Part shown: positions 34,630 to 45,435 of the stretch, in pieces
Position numbering within the stretch: the first letter of the stretch is position 1
Layout of the letters: every line of letters starts with the position of its first letter
From: a virus
Reading direction: 5' to 3' (one strand)
DNA: 64,000 bases
Virus record (IMG/VR): IMGVR_UViG_3300021962_000025
Coordinates: 1 to 64,000 of that record
Made by a program: the position numbers and the translations under genes
Notes under the pieces: generated by a model
What the model was told of the DNA's origin: nothing
The model's database searches: none
The model's input: the letters and a program-made list of their open reading frames with translations, nothing else

Positions 34630-35954
34630 TCAGTAAGAAAGAACTTTTAGAAACTATTAAGGGTTTAAAAGAAATGCCGATGGATTATGGGGATAACCCT
34701 GAAAGAATTAGTCCTGATATTGAGGATAAATTGGCAAACAAAGAAACCCCTTTTAAAGATAACCCCGCATTTCCTGAGGAGGAACCTGACGGACTACCCT
34801 CTAATTGGGAAGAACTATTGGCATCTAAAAGATTTCAGGATGTTATTGCCAAAGTAAAAAGGTACACAGGACAAGAAGGTAACGTAACTAACCAAAACAC
34901 ATTCATGCAATTAATTGGGACAATGCAAAGAATGTTATCAAATGTGTTTCAATTTGAATCACAGAACAAAGAATATTTGGAGAACCTTGCCGTTGAATTG
35001 GTCAAAAAAGAGATGGCATTACCCGAAGGGGCGCTACAATTTGATGCAAAATTAGTGGGTATGGGTGGAATTGATCCTGAGGGTTTCCAACAACAGTCCC
35101 AAGACCCTAGTGAAGAAGAAATTGAACAACAATTTGGGGTTAATTCTGAAGAGGCTCAGGAGGACTTGGAAGATTTTATCGACGCCTTTGAAAAGTTCGA
35201 TCAAGAAACTGCGAAAAGAAGATTTATAAACGCATTAATACAAGGAGCATCTAAGAAAGGACATTACATGTTTGAATTGGTTGCTAACGAGTTGAATGAG
35301 AGAAATCCAAATATCGTAACTCAATATGGTATTTTAATGTCTGTTAATGATTTAATGTATTGGGTTTTACCTGAGGGTACAATTCAACAAGGAATGGAAG
35401 GTGGAAGTTTTGCCGGTAAAGAGGAGGTGGATACTGAAACAGACCCACCAACGATTAGAGCAAGGGCAATTTTCTTTCCTGCGTTAATACATGAGATTAT
35501 TAAAGGTGTAATGGAAGTTATGGGAACTCAAGGGTTACCTGACGACCCTAAATCAGCTGAGATGGTTATGGGTAAAGCCGATACACTTCCTGCTGAGATA
35601 TGGGATTTAAGATTAGGTCCTGTTATTTGGGAGAAGTTCAGATCATCATATCCTGACAAATTAGAGGATGACGATCTAAAACACATACAGAATTACTTAT
35701 TCTCACGTTTTTCGGCGTTAGACACTGAAGAGTTTTTTAAAGTTTCAAAAGAAATATTAAAAGGATCTGAATTAGGAAAGAATATCATAAACAGAATGGT
35801 TAATCAAATTATCGAAGACCTTAAAACCGAAGACTATGAAGAAGATCAATACAATCGGGAGTTTGGGGATGAGGACGATGGTTTGAGTGGGTTCCTTGGT
35901 TCATTGGGAATCGGACTCTCACCTGATGATGACGATGACGGACCAACCGTATAA
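34626..35954 (+). CDS. acidic hypothetical virion protein
   Basis: Long ORF; 'FPALIHEIIKG'. Confidence 0.7.
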   Translation: MISKKELLETIKGLKEMPMDYGDNPERISPDIEDKLANKETPFKDNPAFPEEEPDGLPSNWEELLASKRFQDVIAKVKRYTGQEGNVTNQNTFMQLIGTMQRMLSNVFQFESQNKEYLENLAVELVKKEMALPEGALQFDAKLVGMGGIDPEGFQQQSQDPSEEEIEQQFGVNSEEAQEDLEDFIDAFEKFDQETAKRRFINALIQGASKKGHYMFELVANELNERNPNIVTQYGILMSVNDLMYWVLPEGTIQQGMEGGSFAGKEEVDTETDPPTIRARAIFFPALIHEIIKGVMEVMGTQGLPDDPKSAEMVMGKADTLPAEIWDLRLGPVIWEKFRSSYPDKLEDDDLKHIQNYLFSRFSALDTEEFFKVSKEILKGSELGKNIINRMVNQIIEDLKTEDYEEDQYNREFGDEDDGLSGFLGSLGIGLSPDDDDDGPTV

Positions 35955-35959
35955 AATCT

Positions 35960-35988
35960 AAAGTGGTCATAATCGACCACTTTTTTTG
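35960..35988 (+). terminator. terminator before terminase
   Basis: AAAGTGGTC-ataatc-GACCACTTT plus T-tract. Confidence 0.8.
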
Positions 35989-36000
35989 TATTTATAGGAT

Positions 36001-37782
36001 ATGGATAAGAACAAATTAATACAACTTAAGGAATATGCGAAGATCATGAAGGATACTCCATACGCCTTAAAGACATATCTTCAAACATACGATAACACCC
36101 AAAAGAAGTATGTACCGTTAGAGTTATTCCCTGACCAAGAACAACTAATTCTTGATTATGATAACTATAATGAAAACATTACCCGTAAGTACAGACAGGC
36201 GGGTGTGTCAACAGTAACTGCGGCTTGGTTATCCAAGAAAATACAAACCGCAAGTCCAACAGAACCTGAAAGGATTCTAATCATTGCGAACAAAAGAGAT
36301 ACCGCTATTGAAATGGCAAATAAGATTCGTCATTTTTTGGACCAATGGCCCGAATGGATGAATGTTGGTTTTTCCCCCGATAAGAACTCGGAGAGTAGGT
36401 TTAGAATGAATAATGGGTCCGAAGTAAAGGCGGTGGCAACATCGGCAGACGCACTTCGTGGTTTTACGCCAACAGTACTCGTATTTGACGAAGCCGCATA
36501 CATTGAAGCGGGAGAAGATTTTTGGGCTGCGTGTATGGCATCCTTATCTACGGGTGGTAAGGTTATTTTGATCTCTACCCCGAACGGTTATGACCCAATT
36601 TATTATGGTGTTTATGATCAGGCTTTAAGAGGGATGAATGATTTTAAAGTAACTGATTTAAGATGGTTTAAAGACCCTCGTTACGCATCTGATTTAAAAT
36701 GGTTAAAGGTTGAAGATATCATTCATTATATGTTGAATAGAGAGATGTATAATGACGATGAGATCACATTAAACGAAGGTTGGGAACGTTACACAGAGTT
36801 ACTCGAACAGGGATATAAACCATACTCTCATTGGTTTGAGAATATGGCTAAGAAATTTAAATATGATAAGAGGAAAATCGCACAAGAATTAGAATGTGAT
36901 TTCCTTGGATCAGGAGATGGGGTGATTCCCAATTCAATACAAGAGAGAATAAGTAAGAATGAGATTAAAGAACCGATTGAAAAATACATGCAAGGTACTT
37001 TCTGGTTATGGAAAGAACCTGTTGAGGGTCATAGATATATTATGGGTGTTGATGTTTCCAGAGGCGATAGTGCCGATGCCTCATCAATATGTGTTATTGA
37101 TTTTGATGAAAACGAACAGGTCGCTGAATACATTGGTAAGATACCCCCAGACGACTTGGCGGGTGTTGTATACAAGTGGGCGACACTTTATAAAGCGTTC
37201 GTAGTAATTGATATAACTGGTGGTATGGGTATTGCCACATCGAGGAAACTACAAGAAATGGGATATAAAGACCTTTATATTGATGGGGTTAATTCTATGA
37301 ATATATGGGACTATAACAAGAAAGGACAAGATAAAATACCAGGTATTAATTTTAATAATAAGAGAGCCCAAATTGTTGCAGCATTTGAGGAACGTTTGAG
37401 ACATGGTTTTGGTGTTAGGTCTTCTCGTTTATTGAACGAATTAAATACGTTTGTTTATGTAAATGGTAGACCCGATCATATGAAGGGGGCTCACGATGAC
37501 GCCATTATGGCCATGGCTATTGCTATGTATGTTGCAGATATTTCCTTCACACAATTACAAAGAAGTGACAGTACCAATAAGGCGATGTTAGATTCATGGT
37601 TATTGTCCGAAAGGACTTATGAGACTAGTAAATCATTTTATTCCCACGGGACCGCTTTCGATGCAATTGGGTCAATGGCAACTGATAATCGTCATTACCC
37701 ACCCCAAATGGGTAATGCAATACCAAAAGAGGCGTACCAAGAACATTCGTGGTTATTTGGTAAAAGGACTAAACAGTTTTAA
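36001..37782 (+). CDS. terminase large subunit (T4 gp17-like)
   Basis: 'KYRQAGVST', Walker B 'LVFDEAAY', 'LISTPNG', 'QELECDF', nuclease 'MGVDVSRG', 'HDDAIMA'. Confidence 0.95.
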   Translation: MDKNKLIQLKEYAKIMKDTPYALKTYLQTYDNTQKKYVPLELFPDQEQLILDYDNYNENITRKYRQAGVSTVTAAWLSKKIQTASPTEPERILIIANKRDTAIEMANKIRHFLDQWPEWMNVGFSPDKNSESRFRMNNGSEVKAVATSADALRGFTPTVLVFDEAAYIEAGEDFWAACMASLSTGGKVILISTPNGYDPIYYGVYDQALRGMNDFKVTDLRWFKDPRYASDLKWLKVEDIIHYMLNREMYNDDEITLNEGWERYTELLEQGYKPYSHWFENMAKKFKYDKRKIAQELECDFLGSGDGVIPNSIQERISKNEIKEPIEKYMQGTFWLWKEPVEGHRYIMGVDVSRGDSADASSICVIDFDENEQVAEYIGKIPPDDLAGVVYKWATLYKAFVVIDITGGMGIATSRKLQEMGYKDLYIDGVNSMNIWDYNKKGQDKIPGINFNNKRAQIVAAFEERLRHGFGVRSSRLLNELNTFVYVNGRPDHMKGAHDDAIMAMAIAMYVADISFTQLQRSDSTNKAMLDSWLLSERTYETSKSFYSHGTAFDAIGSMATDNRHYPPQMGNAIPKEAYQEHSWLFGKRTKQF

Positions 37783-37827
37783 ATGTCAAAAAAAATTCGT
37801 ATATTATAAAGTTTAATATTTATTAGT

Positions 37828-39651
37828 ATGGCAAAACAAAATCTAACAGTATATCAAAGATTAACGAAGGTGTTCGGTTATCAAACTGATCAACCATCTA
37901 CACCTCCGCAGTATAAATTTGATAGAGATAAACTGTTAAAGACAGATAGTAAGGAAGATTACGAGAAAGAATTACTACAAAGACAACAATCACAATACAT
38001 TGCCGATAAGTGGACAAAATTAGATCAATCACTTTATAACCAATCTGTTTATTATGAACCAAATAGGTTGGCCGCATACTATGATTATGAATCTATGGAG
38101 TTTACTCCCGAAATATCAGCGTCTTTAGATATCTATTCAGAAGAGTCAACAACACTCTCAGAAAAAGGTCAGATTTTGACAATATACTCCGAATCAAAAA
38201 GAGTGAAAAACATATTAGAAGATCTATTCTATAATGTATTGGATATTAACACCAATCTTCAGATGTGGTGTAGAGGTTTGGCTAAGTATGGTGATGACTT
38301 TGTCTATTTAAAAATAGACCCTAGTAAGGGTGTTATTGGGTGTCAACAATTACCTAACATAGAGATCGAAAGACATGAAGGTGCCGCATCTCAGGTACAT
38401 AAATCGGAACCCGCAGCAGGTGTGAAAATGCCAAGTAGGGAGTTAAGATTTACGTGGAAGAATAAAGACATGGAATTCCAAGCATGGGAGGTCGCCCACT
38501 TTAGATTATTGGGTGATGATAGAAAACTTCCTTATGGTACGTCTATGTTAGATAAAGTAAGACGTATTTGGAAACAATTACTTCTTGCGGAAGATGCGAT
38601 GTTAATCTACAGAACTTCGAGAGCACCTGAAAGAAGGGTGTTTAAAGTATTCGTGGGTAACATGGATGACAAGGACATCGAAGCGTACGTACAACGTGTG
38701 GCAAACAAGTTTAAGAGAGATCAGATCGTAGATCAAAGGAATGGACAAGTAGATATGAGATACAACCAAATGGCGGTAGATCAAGATTACTTTATTCCTG
38801 TAAGGGACCCATCTCAAACTAGTCCGATCGAAACATTACCAGGAGCACAGAACTTAGGTGAAATTGCAGATATTGAGTACATTCAAAAGAAATTATTGGC
38901 AGCACTTAGAATTCCTAAGGCGTTCTTAGGTTTTGAAGAAATTGTGGGTGAAGGTAAGAGTTTGGCATTAATGGATATTCGTTTTGCGAGAACTATTAAT
39001 AGAATCCAAAAATCCCTTATCCAAGAATTAAATAAAATAGCATTAGTTCACTTATATCTTTTAGGTTTAGAAGATGAACTAAATAACTTCACATTATCTC
39101 TTACTAATCCATCGGCACAATCTGACCTACTTAGAATTGAACAGTGGAAAGAAAAGATTACTTTATACAAAGACGCAACATCAGATCAATCACAAATCGG
39201 TATTCAACCCGTTTCACATACATGGGCTAAAAAGAATATTCTTGGTATGAGTGATAACGATGTAATCCTTGACCTACAACAACAAAGACTTGAGAGGGCT
39301 CTTGGTGCTGAATTAGGTATCACACAGAACATTATTAAGAGGACTGGTGTATTTGATGAGGTTGATAAGAAGTACGGTATCCCCGAAGAGGAGAGACGTG
39401 CGGTCGATGCTGGTGGATCACCTGACGGTGGTGCCGGTGGTATGGACATAGGTGGAGGAGGAGCACCCCCACCGATACCTGGAGATTCAGGAGGGGGTGG
39501 TGAGGAACCTCTAAGTGAATCAAAGAAAAATAAAATATTAGGTATGTTGGGTGAGGATTCTGAAGATTTTGACGATCTTTTTGATGTCCATAAGGCACAA
39601 CAGAATATTTATGAAATAGAAAATAAACTCAAAGACATTATACAAGAGTAA
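37828..39651 (+). CDS. portal protein (T4 gp20-like)
   Basis: 'YRTSRAPERRVFKVFVGNM','QDYFIPVR','IETLPGAQNLGEIADIEY...L..AL.IP'. Confidence 0.95.
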   Translation: MAKQNLTVYQRLTKVFGYQTDQPSTPPQYKFDRDKLLKTDSKEDYEKELLQRQQSQYIADKWTKLDQSLYNQSVYYEPNRLAAYYDYESMEFTPEISASLDIYSEESTTLSEKGQILTIYSESKRVKNILEDLFYNVLDINTNLQMWCRGLAKYGDDFVYLKIDPSKGVIGCQQLPNIEIERHEGAASQVHKSEPAAGVKMPSRELRFTWKNKDMEFQAWEVAHFRLLGDDRKLPYGTSMLDKVRRIWKQLLLAEDAMLIYRTSRAPERRVFKVFVGNMDDKDIEAYVQRVANKFKRDQIVDQRNGQVDMRYNQMAVDQDYFIPVRDPSQTSPIETLPGAQNLGEIADIEYIQKKLLAALRIPKAFLGFEEIVGEGKSLALMDIRFARTINRIQKSLIQELNKIALVHLYLLGLEDELNNFTLSLTNPSAQSDLLRIEQWKEKITLYKDATSDQSQIGIQPVSHTWAKKNILGMSDNDVILDLQQQRLERALGAELGITQNIIKRTGVFDEVDKKYGIPEEERRAVDAGGSPDGGAGGMDIGGGGAPPPIPGDSGGGGEEPLSESKKNKILGMLGEDSEDFDDLFDVHKAQQNIYEIENKLKDIIQE

Positions 39652-39653
39652 TT

Positions 39654-40385
39654 ATGGCAACTTTCGGACACGTAAAAAATAAAATATTGGTTAAGTTGAC
39701 AGAGTCTTATGGTAAAAAAGATTTTAAAGACTCACTTAACAAATATTTCAAACCAATCATGAAAAATGGTACATTAAAGGAAATGTATTCATTATATGAG
39801 GATTTAGAAACAATGACTTTTGATGATAAGGAAACCGCACAATTATATGTGGAGGAATTGTCTAAAGTATTAAAGGATAGATACAATGAAGTGGGTTCAT
39901 CTCTTTTTGAGCTGAACGAGTCACTAAAGGATGTACAAAAGAGTGATAACCAACTATACGAATGGTTAGACGTTCTTTCTTGTCCTGACAGATTAGGTAA
40001 TATTTCTGCGAAGGTCGTCGCCAAGAAAAACTTAGTAGAACACCTAATAACTTTTAAATCAACGGATGAATTAAGAGTTGATCAAGGAGTTAATGAAAGT
40101 TTACTTAATTCGGTTTTAGTAAATAACTTTAACGTTAGTTTTGACAAAACATTAAGTGAGGAAGAAAAATCTAAACTTAAACACATTTTGTCTTTAAGTC
40201 ATGATGAGATTGAAAAGGAGACATCCACTCTGCACGAATCTATTGAAACTAAACTTACAGAATTAATATCCGAGGACTCATCTTTTAAGGATAAGGCCGA
40301 TGGTGTGAAAAAAGAAATAAGTAAGATGGAGGTAAACAAGTATAACTTGTTCCGATTACAGGACCTTTTGGAAGGTCTATCATAA
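39654..40385 (+). CDS. hypothetical head-module protein
   Basis: ORF coupled to portal. Confidence 0.75.
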   Translation: MATFGHVKNKILVKLTESYGKKDFKDSLNKYFKPIMKNGTLKEMYSLYEDLETMTFDDKETAQLYVEELSKVLKDRYNEVGSSLFELNESLKDVQKSDNQLYEWLDVLSCPDRLGNISAKVVAKKNLVEHLITFKSTDELRVDQGVNESLLNSVLVNNFNVSFDKTLSEEEKSKLKHILSLSHDEIEKETSTLHESIETKLTELISEDSSFKDKADGVKKEISKMEVNKYNLFRLQDLLEGLS

Positions 40386-40389
40386 AAAA

Positions 40390-40418
40390 CGAAAGGTGTC
40401 ATTAGACACCTTTTTTTA
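40390..40418. terminator. bidirectional terminator between head gene and rpsU
   Basis: AAAGGTGTC-atta-GACACCTTT with T-tract. Confidence 0.75.
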
Positions 40419-40607
40419 TTTCTGTTCTTGGTCTTTTAATTGTTGAATGTACTGAGCCTTCTTTTTTTGAAGTCTACGGGAAACTGACGGTTTAGTGAAT
40501 TCTTGACGATCTCTAAGGAATTGGACTTGTTTCGTATTCCTAACTTTAGTTTTTAATTTTTTAAGGGCTTGATCGATGTTCCCGTTGAAGACTTTTACTA
40601 TTAGCAT
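40416..40607 (-). CDS. rpsU: 30S ribosomal protein bS21
   Basis: MLIVKVFNGNIDQALKKLKTKV...LRDRQEFTKPSVSRR...KAQYIQ; start reassigned to 40607; TATTTAT at 40630-40636, no SD. Confidence 0.9.
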   Translation of the reverse strand: MLIVKVFNGNIDQALKKLKTKVRNTKQVQFLRDRQEFTKPSVSRRLQKKKAQYIQQLKDQEQK

Positions 40608-40648
40608 ATTTGTTTTTAGTGTTATATACATAAATATATCAAAAAAAT

Positions 40649-40679
40649 TTGATTTAGAAAATATTTTTAGTTATCTTTT
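40649..40679 (+). promoter_or_regulatory. promoter TTG-N20-TATCTTTT
   Basis: Exact spacer. Confidence 0.6.
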
Positions 40680-40714
40680 ATAGACACCATAAAAGTTAAT
40701 AAGAATGAAAATAA

Positions 40715-41140
40715 ATGAAATTAGGTCGTTTTATCCCATTAGAGGATTACAAAAACGTAAAGATCGGATACGGAACAATAGATCATAAGAATTTAAAGAC
40801 AATTTATTTGTCTTTTAACTCATGGTTAGAACCAGAAAATGATTGTGATAGTTTTGATACAATAATAAAATCATCAAGAAATTGTATTAAAAAATTAATC
40901 TACAACTTAGGGTCAGATCTTTTTAGACCCGAATCTATCGTCGATTTAGATGTAAGGACAAACGGAATTAAGATAGAGAAAAGATCCTTTATGAATTTAG
41001 AGATAACGTTATATGTGAATAACCAAATCAATATAAAGGACAAAAATCTTAAAATGGACATTAACAACATGATGAAAATGGTGGTTGATGATTGTCTAAA
41101 TGACGAAAGACTCTTTAATTTTAACAAAAAGAAAAAATAA
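40715..41140 (+). CDS. hypothetical protein
   Basis: ORF with own host-type promoter. Confidence 0.7.
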   Translation: MKLGRFIPLEDYKNVKIGYGTIDHKNLKTIYLSFNSWLEPENDCDSFDTIIKSSRNCIKKLIYNLGSDLFRPESIVDLDVRTNGIKIEKRSFMNLEITLYVNNQINIKDKNLKMDINNMMKMVVDDCLNDERLFNFNKKKK

Positions 41141-41183
41141 CTTCGTTTACGATGTATTTATAGTAATAAAACTATAGGTACAC

Positions 41184-41870
41184 ATGAAGGTATTAGGTCC
41201 TAAAGAGACGGGTAAAGGAATTCTCATCGAGTACGATGCGGGTTTTATCTCTCCTGACGAAAACAAAAAAGTAATTTCAGAAATGAAAGGTATTGACTTC
41301 TCTGAAGACATTATCCTTTATGCGGTTTTACAGAAATACGATACTCCAAATAAAAACGGTAGAATTTATCCCGAATCCATACTTAAAAGAGAAATGGATA
41401 AATACCAAACCGTTATCAATAAGGGTTCTGCTCTAAATGAGTTAAACCACCCCTCATCATCTCTTATCGATTTAGATAGAGTTTCCCACACAATTACTGA
41501 AACTTGGTGGGATGGTAAGATGTTAATGGGAAAAATTAAACTACTCACTTCACCAGGTTGGAAAAAGATGGGGATTGTTTCCACAAAGGGAGACCAAGCC
41601 GCAATGTTATTAATGAACGGTGTGACTTTAGGAATATCTTCCAGAGGTGTGGGATCACTTAAATCCGAAAAAGGTCAGAATATTGTACAAGATGATTTTG
41701 AGTTGGTATGTTTTGACTTAGTGTCCTCACCATCAACACCTGGTGCTTATGTATTCTCAGATCCATCAGACAGACAGAAATATGATGAGTCAATAGAAGA
41801 ACAAGAACCAATACTTGACAATAGGATGAAAAAACTAATGGGAACTTTAGATAAGTTTCTTTATAGATAA
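41184..41870 (+). CDS. prohead core protease (T4 gp21-like)
   Basis: 'NKNGRIYP','ELNHP','LGISSRGVGS','FDLVSSPS'. Confidence 0.95.
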   Translation: MKVLGPKETGKGILIEYDAGFISPDENKKVISEMKGIDFSEDIILYAVLQKYDTPNKNGRIYPESILKREMDKYQTVINKGSALNELNHPSSSLIDLDRVSHTITETWWDGKMLMGKIKLLTSPGWKKMGIVSTKGDQAAMLLMNGVTLGISSRGVGSLKSEKGQNIVQDDFELVCFDLVSSPSTPGAYVFSDPSDRQKYDESIEEQEPILDNRMKKLMGTLDKFLYR

Positions 41871-41949
41871 AGAATTTTTCTGTGATTAGTATATCATAAT
41901 CTTAATTTTTCTGAAATAATAGATATTTATAATAAAACCAAATAAAAAA

Positions 41950-43179
41950 ATGAGCAAAAAATCCATTTTAGAACAAGCATTGCTTCAGGTACAAGATCTT
42001 GAAGAGGCAGTAAAAGCAAACGCAAAAGGTATACTTGCTTCAACTATGAAGGAAGAACTAAACGAAGTGCTAAAAGAATCGATGGAAGAAGAGGATGTAA
42101 ATCCTACAACAGAAGACGAACATGATATGCCAGTCTCCGAACAGTTTGACGACGAGGAGGAAGGAAATGACGATGAAGCTTCAATAAACGACGAGCCAGC
42201 GGACGATGTCGATCCTGATTTAGAAGGAGGTGACGAAGAATTAGACGCTACTGATGATGAATCTGCAGATGATGCGGATTTTGACTTTGGTGGTGAAGAT
42301 TCAGATCTACCTTCTGACGAAGATGACGACGAAGTTCTAGATATGACAGACGCTTCTGACGAAGAAGTTCTTAAGGTATTTAAATCTATGAAACCTGAGG
42401 ACGGAATTGTTGTGAAGAAGGATGGAAATAACGTTGAGCTTGAAGACGGTGACGACGAATACATTATCAAGTTAGATGACGAAGAAAGTGAAATTGCCGA
42501 AGGTGACTACAACGAAGAAGAGGACTGCCAAGAATGTGGCGACTCTATGGAAGAAGAAGTTACAGAAGGTGATGAAACTATCTACGAAATCGACTTAGGT
42601 GATGACGACGAATCTGAAGAAGTTTCTGAGGAGGTATCAGAGGAGGAATCCGAAGAAGTCTCTGAAGAGGATGCTTCTCATGAGGAGGAAGTAGATGAAG
42701 CGGCAAGAACAAAATCTAACGTACACGGAAACAAAGGTGGTGCTGACAGAGCGGGTATTGATTCTAAGAAGAAATACGCGGCTGGTGCTATTAACGAAGA
42801 AGTTGAAACTTTAAAGAAACAAAACGCAGAATACAAGAAAGCGTTAGTATTATTTAAAGACAAACTTAACGAAGTAGCAGTATTCAACGCTAACTTGGCT
42901 TACGCTACAAGATTGTTCACTGAACACACTACGACTCGTCAAGAGAAGTTAAACATTTTGAAGAGATTTGACGCAGTTACGTCATTAACAGAATCTAAGA
43001 GTACATACAAAACCATTAGTGGTGAGTTAAACACTAAGACTACTGTTACTGAGTCTGTAGTTGATAGAATTTCTTCAACCCCGACTACATCTTCATCTAA
43101 AGAGGTACTTTCTGAAACAAAAGCGTATGAAAGCCCTCAGTTCAAGAGAATGAAAGATTTAATGTCAAAATTAAAATAA
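41950..43179 (+). CDS. prohead core scaffold protein (gp22-like), extremely acidic
   Basis: Between protease and MCP; D/E-rich N-part, coiled-coil C-part. Confidence 0.85.
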   Translation: MSKKSILEQALLQVQDLEEAVKANAKGILASTMKEELNEVLKESMEEEDVNPTTEDEHDMPVSEQFDDEEEGNDDEASINDEPADDVDPDLEGGDEELDATDDESADDADFDFGGEDSDLPSDEDDDEVLDMTDASDEEVLKVFKSMKPEDGIVVKKDGNNVELEDGDDEYIIKLDDEESEIAEGDYNEEEDCQECGDSMEEEVTEGDETIYEIDLGDDDESEEVSEEVSEEESEEVSEEDASHEEEVDEAARTKSNVHGNKGGADRAGIDSKKKYAAGAINEEVETLKKQNAEYKKALVLFKDKLNEVAVFNANLAYATRLFTEHTTTRQEKLNILKRFDAVTSLTESKSTYKTISGELNTKTTVTESVVDRISSTPTTSSSKEVLSETKAYESPQFKRMKDLMSKLK

Positions 43180-43212
43180 TAATAAAATAAAAAAAATTAA
43201 TACCTAATTAAA

Positions 43213-44913
43213 ATGGGAGCATTATTAGAAAGTGGTATGGTTGGTAACATCGGTCTTAAGCACCTTAGAGTTATCAAAGAAGATACCATCAACAAGTGGG
43301 ATAACCTCGGGTTCTTAGAAGGACTTGAAGGTCATCAAAAAGACAATATCGCACAATTATATGAGAACCAAGCTTCTTATTTGATCAACGAGGCAGCAGT
43401 TTCTGATTCATCAGGATCTTTCGAAACAGTTGTTTTCCCAATCATCAGAAGAGTATTCTCTAAATTGTTAGCGAATGACATCGTATCTGTACAAGCAATG
43501 AACTTACCTATCGGTAAATTGTTCTACTTTGTACCTAAAATTCAGGACAGAAACGCTAACGGAACACACAACTCACCTTACGGAATGCCATCAAACACTG
43601 ACTTGGCTGACAAAGGTTACTCTGGTAGAAACTTATATGACAGATTCTATGAGGAGGGTGATGCGGCATCTGACGGTTTATTCGATTACTCTAAAGGAGA
43701 CTCTACTGAAGTATCCTTAGTGGGTGATTCGTTTGTAACCTTCGATAACGGAGCTATCACAACTTCAACTGCAGCTTTAACATCTGACGTTGCATCTGTT
43801 ATCTTAAAGGCCACAGGTTTCTCTAAACTTGGTCAAGGTAAAATCGTTGGTCCTAATGGTAACGAAATGGACTCAGAAGAGTTCTTGGCTTCTTTAGAAG
43901 TTAATCAAGGTTCAACATCTTTACCTTTCAACATCGTAACTCAGAAGTACGGTAAAGGTATCGTTGAGTACGGTAGTAAAGCAACAGGTCTTACTGGTAA
44001 ATTCCAAGACATCTGTGATGAAGAAGGTTCTATCTATTTAAATGTAGATTTACAAACCTATTCTGCATCTTCAGGTTTCTCTGATGGTGGTAATGGTTTA
44101 GCACCTTCAGGTCTTACTTTAACCTACAGACAGTACGCTTCACTTGAGTTTGAAGATGCTATCGGTGAAGTTTCTTTCGAGTTAGAGTCAGTAACTGTTT
44201 CTGTAACTGAAAGAAAATTAAGAGCTAGCTGGTCTCCTGAATTGGCTCAAGACGTATCTGCATTCCACAACATCGATGCTGAAGCTGAGTTAACTGCATT
44301 GTTATCTGAGCAAATCGCTGCTGAGGTTGACAGAGAGATCTTAAGAGACTTAAGAAAAGGTGCCGCTTGGAACTTGAAGTGGGATTACAATGAGTGGAAG
44401 TACGGTGGAACCGCTGGTGCTACTTTACAAGGTTATACTCAAAAGGATTGGAACCAAACGTTGATCACTAAGATTAACCAATTATCGGCTCAAATCCATA
44501 AAACTACACTTAGAGGTGGTGCTAACTGGATCGTTGTTTCTTCAGAAGTTTCTGCAGTATTCGATGACTTAGAGTACTTCCACGTATCTAACGCAGGTGC
44601 TGAGCAAGATCAATACAACATGGGTATTGAGAAAGTTGGTACTTTAGCTGGTAGATATCAAGTGTATAGAGATCCTTACTTCCCTGCAGGTAAGATCTTA
44701 GTAGGTCACAAAGGTAAATCTTTATTGGACGCTGGTTACATCTACGCTCCATATGTACCTTTACAGTTGACTCCTACTATGTATAACCCATTCAACTTTA
44801 CACCAATCAAAGGTATCATGACCAGATACGCTAAGAAGATGGTCAACAACAGATACTTCGGTGTAATCAACGTAAGTGGTTTACAAACATTCAGCTTGGA
44901 TACTTTAAGATAA
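43213..44913 (+). CDS. major capsid protein (T4 gp23-like)
   Basis: 'FPIIRRVF','RKLRASWSPELAQD..AFH.IDAEAELT','EIDREI'-like 'EVDREIL','YAPYVPL','TRYA'. Confidence 0.97.
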   Translation: MGALLESGMVGNIGLKHLRVIKEDTINKWDNLGFLEGLEGHQKDNIAQLYENQASYLINEAAVSDSSGSFETVVFPIIRRVFSKLLANDIVSVQAMNLPIGKLFYFVPKIQDRNANGTHNSPYGMPSNTDLADKGYSGRNLYDRFYEEGDAASDGLFDYSKGDSTEVSLVGDSFVTFDNGAITTSTAALTSDVASVILKATGFSKLGQGKIVGPNGNEMDSEEFLASLEVNQGSTSLPFNIVTQKYGKGIVEYGSKATGLTGKFQDICDEEGSIYLNVDLQTYSASSGFSDGGNGLAPSGLTLTYRQYASLEFEDAIGEVSFELESVTVSVTERKLRASWSPELAQDVSAFHNIDAEAELTALLSEQIAAEVDREILRDLRKGAAWNLKWDYNEWKYGGTAGATLQGYTQKDWNQTLITKINQLSAQIHKTTLRGGANWIVVSSEVSAVFDDLEYFHVSNAGAEQDQYNMGIEKVGTLAGRYQVYRDPYFPAGKILVGHKGKSLLDAGYIYAPYVPLQLTPTMYNPFNFTPIKGIMTRYAKKMVNNRYFGVINVSGLQTFSLDTLR

Positions 44914-44938
44914 TCTTAAAAGATTCATTTTACACAAC

Positions 44939-44967
44939 TAAAGGGGGACATTGTCCCCCTTTTTTTA
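44939..44967 (+). terminator. terminator after MCP
   Basis: AAGGGGGAC-att-GTCCCCCTT plus T-tract. Confidence 0.85.
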
Positions 44968-44994
44968 TTCCTATTTTTTACGTATATTTTAGAT

Positions 44995-45435
44995 ATGAAT
45001 TGGACAGAATATTTTATTAGAATAGCCGAACAAGTAAAAGAGAAATCGAAAGATATTAATACACAGATAGGTGCGGTGATCGTTGGAAAAGACAAAGAAA
45101 TATTGACCACAGGATATAATTCATTTCCTAGAGGTTTAAATGACGAATTACCTGAAAGACAAGAAAGACCCGAGAAATACTTTTGGTTTGAACATGCGGA
45201 AAGAAATGCAATTTACAATGCCGCACGTATTGGGGTATCGTTAAAAGAATCCACAGTTTATTTAACTTCGGGTTTACCATGTATGGATTGTGCTCGTGGA
45301 TTGATACAAGCGGGCATAAAAAAAGTGGTATGTAAACAAAACTGTACCACTAAGAATAAAGATAAATGGTTAGAACAACAAGAGAGATCTCTTATTTTGT
45401 TTTCTGAGTGTGGGGTAGAAGTCGAGTTTTATTAA
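44995..45435 (+). CDS. dCMP deaminase (ComEB-like)
   Basis: 'GYNSFPRG','HAERNAI','PCMDCA'. Confidence 0.92.
   Translation: MNWTEYFIRIAEQVKEKSKDINTQIGAVIVGKDKEILTTGYNSFPRGLNDELPERQERPEKYFWFEHAERNAIYNAARIGVSLKESTVYLTSGLPCMDCARGLIQAGIKKVVCKQNCTTKNKDKWLEQQERSLILFSECGVEVEFY

Noticed and set aside
36001-44913. Introns, inteins or homing endonucleases in terminase, portal or capsid genes
   Set aside because: Uninterrupted ORFs of expected size; no intein or LAGLIDADG/HNH/GIY-YIG motifs seen.
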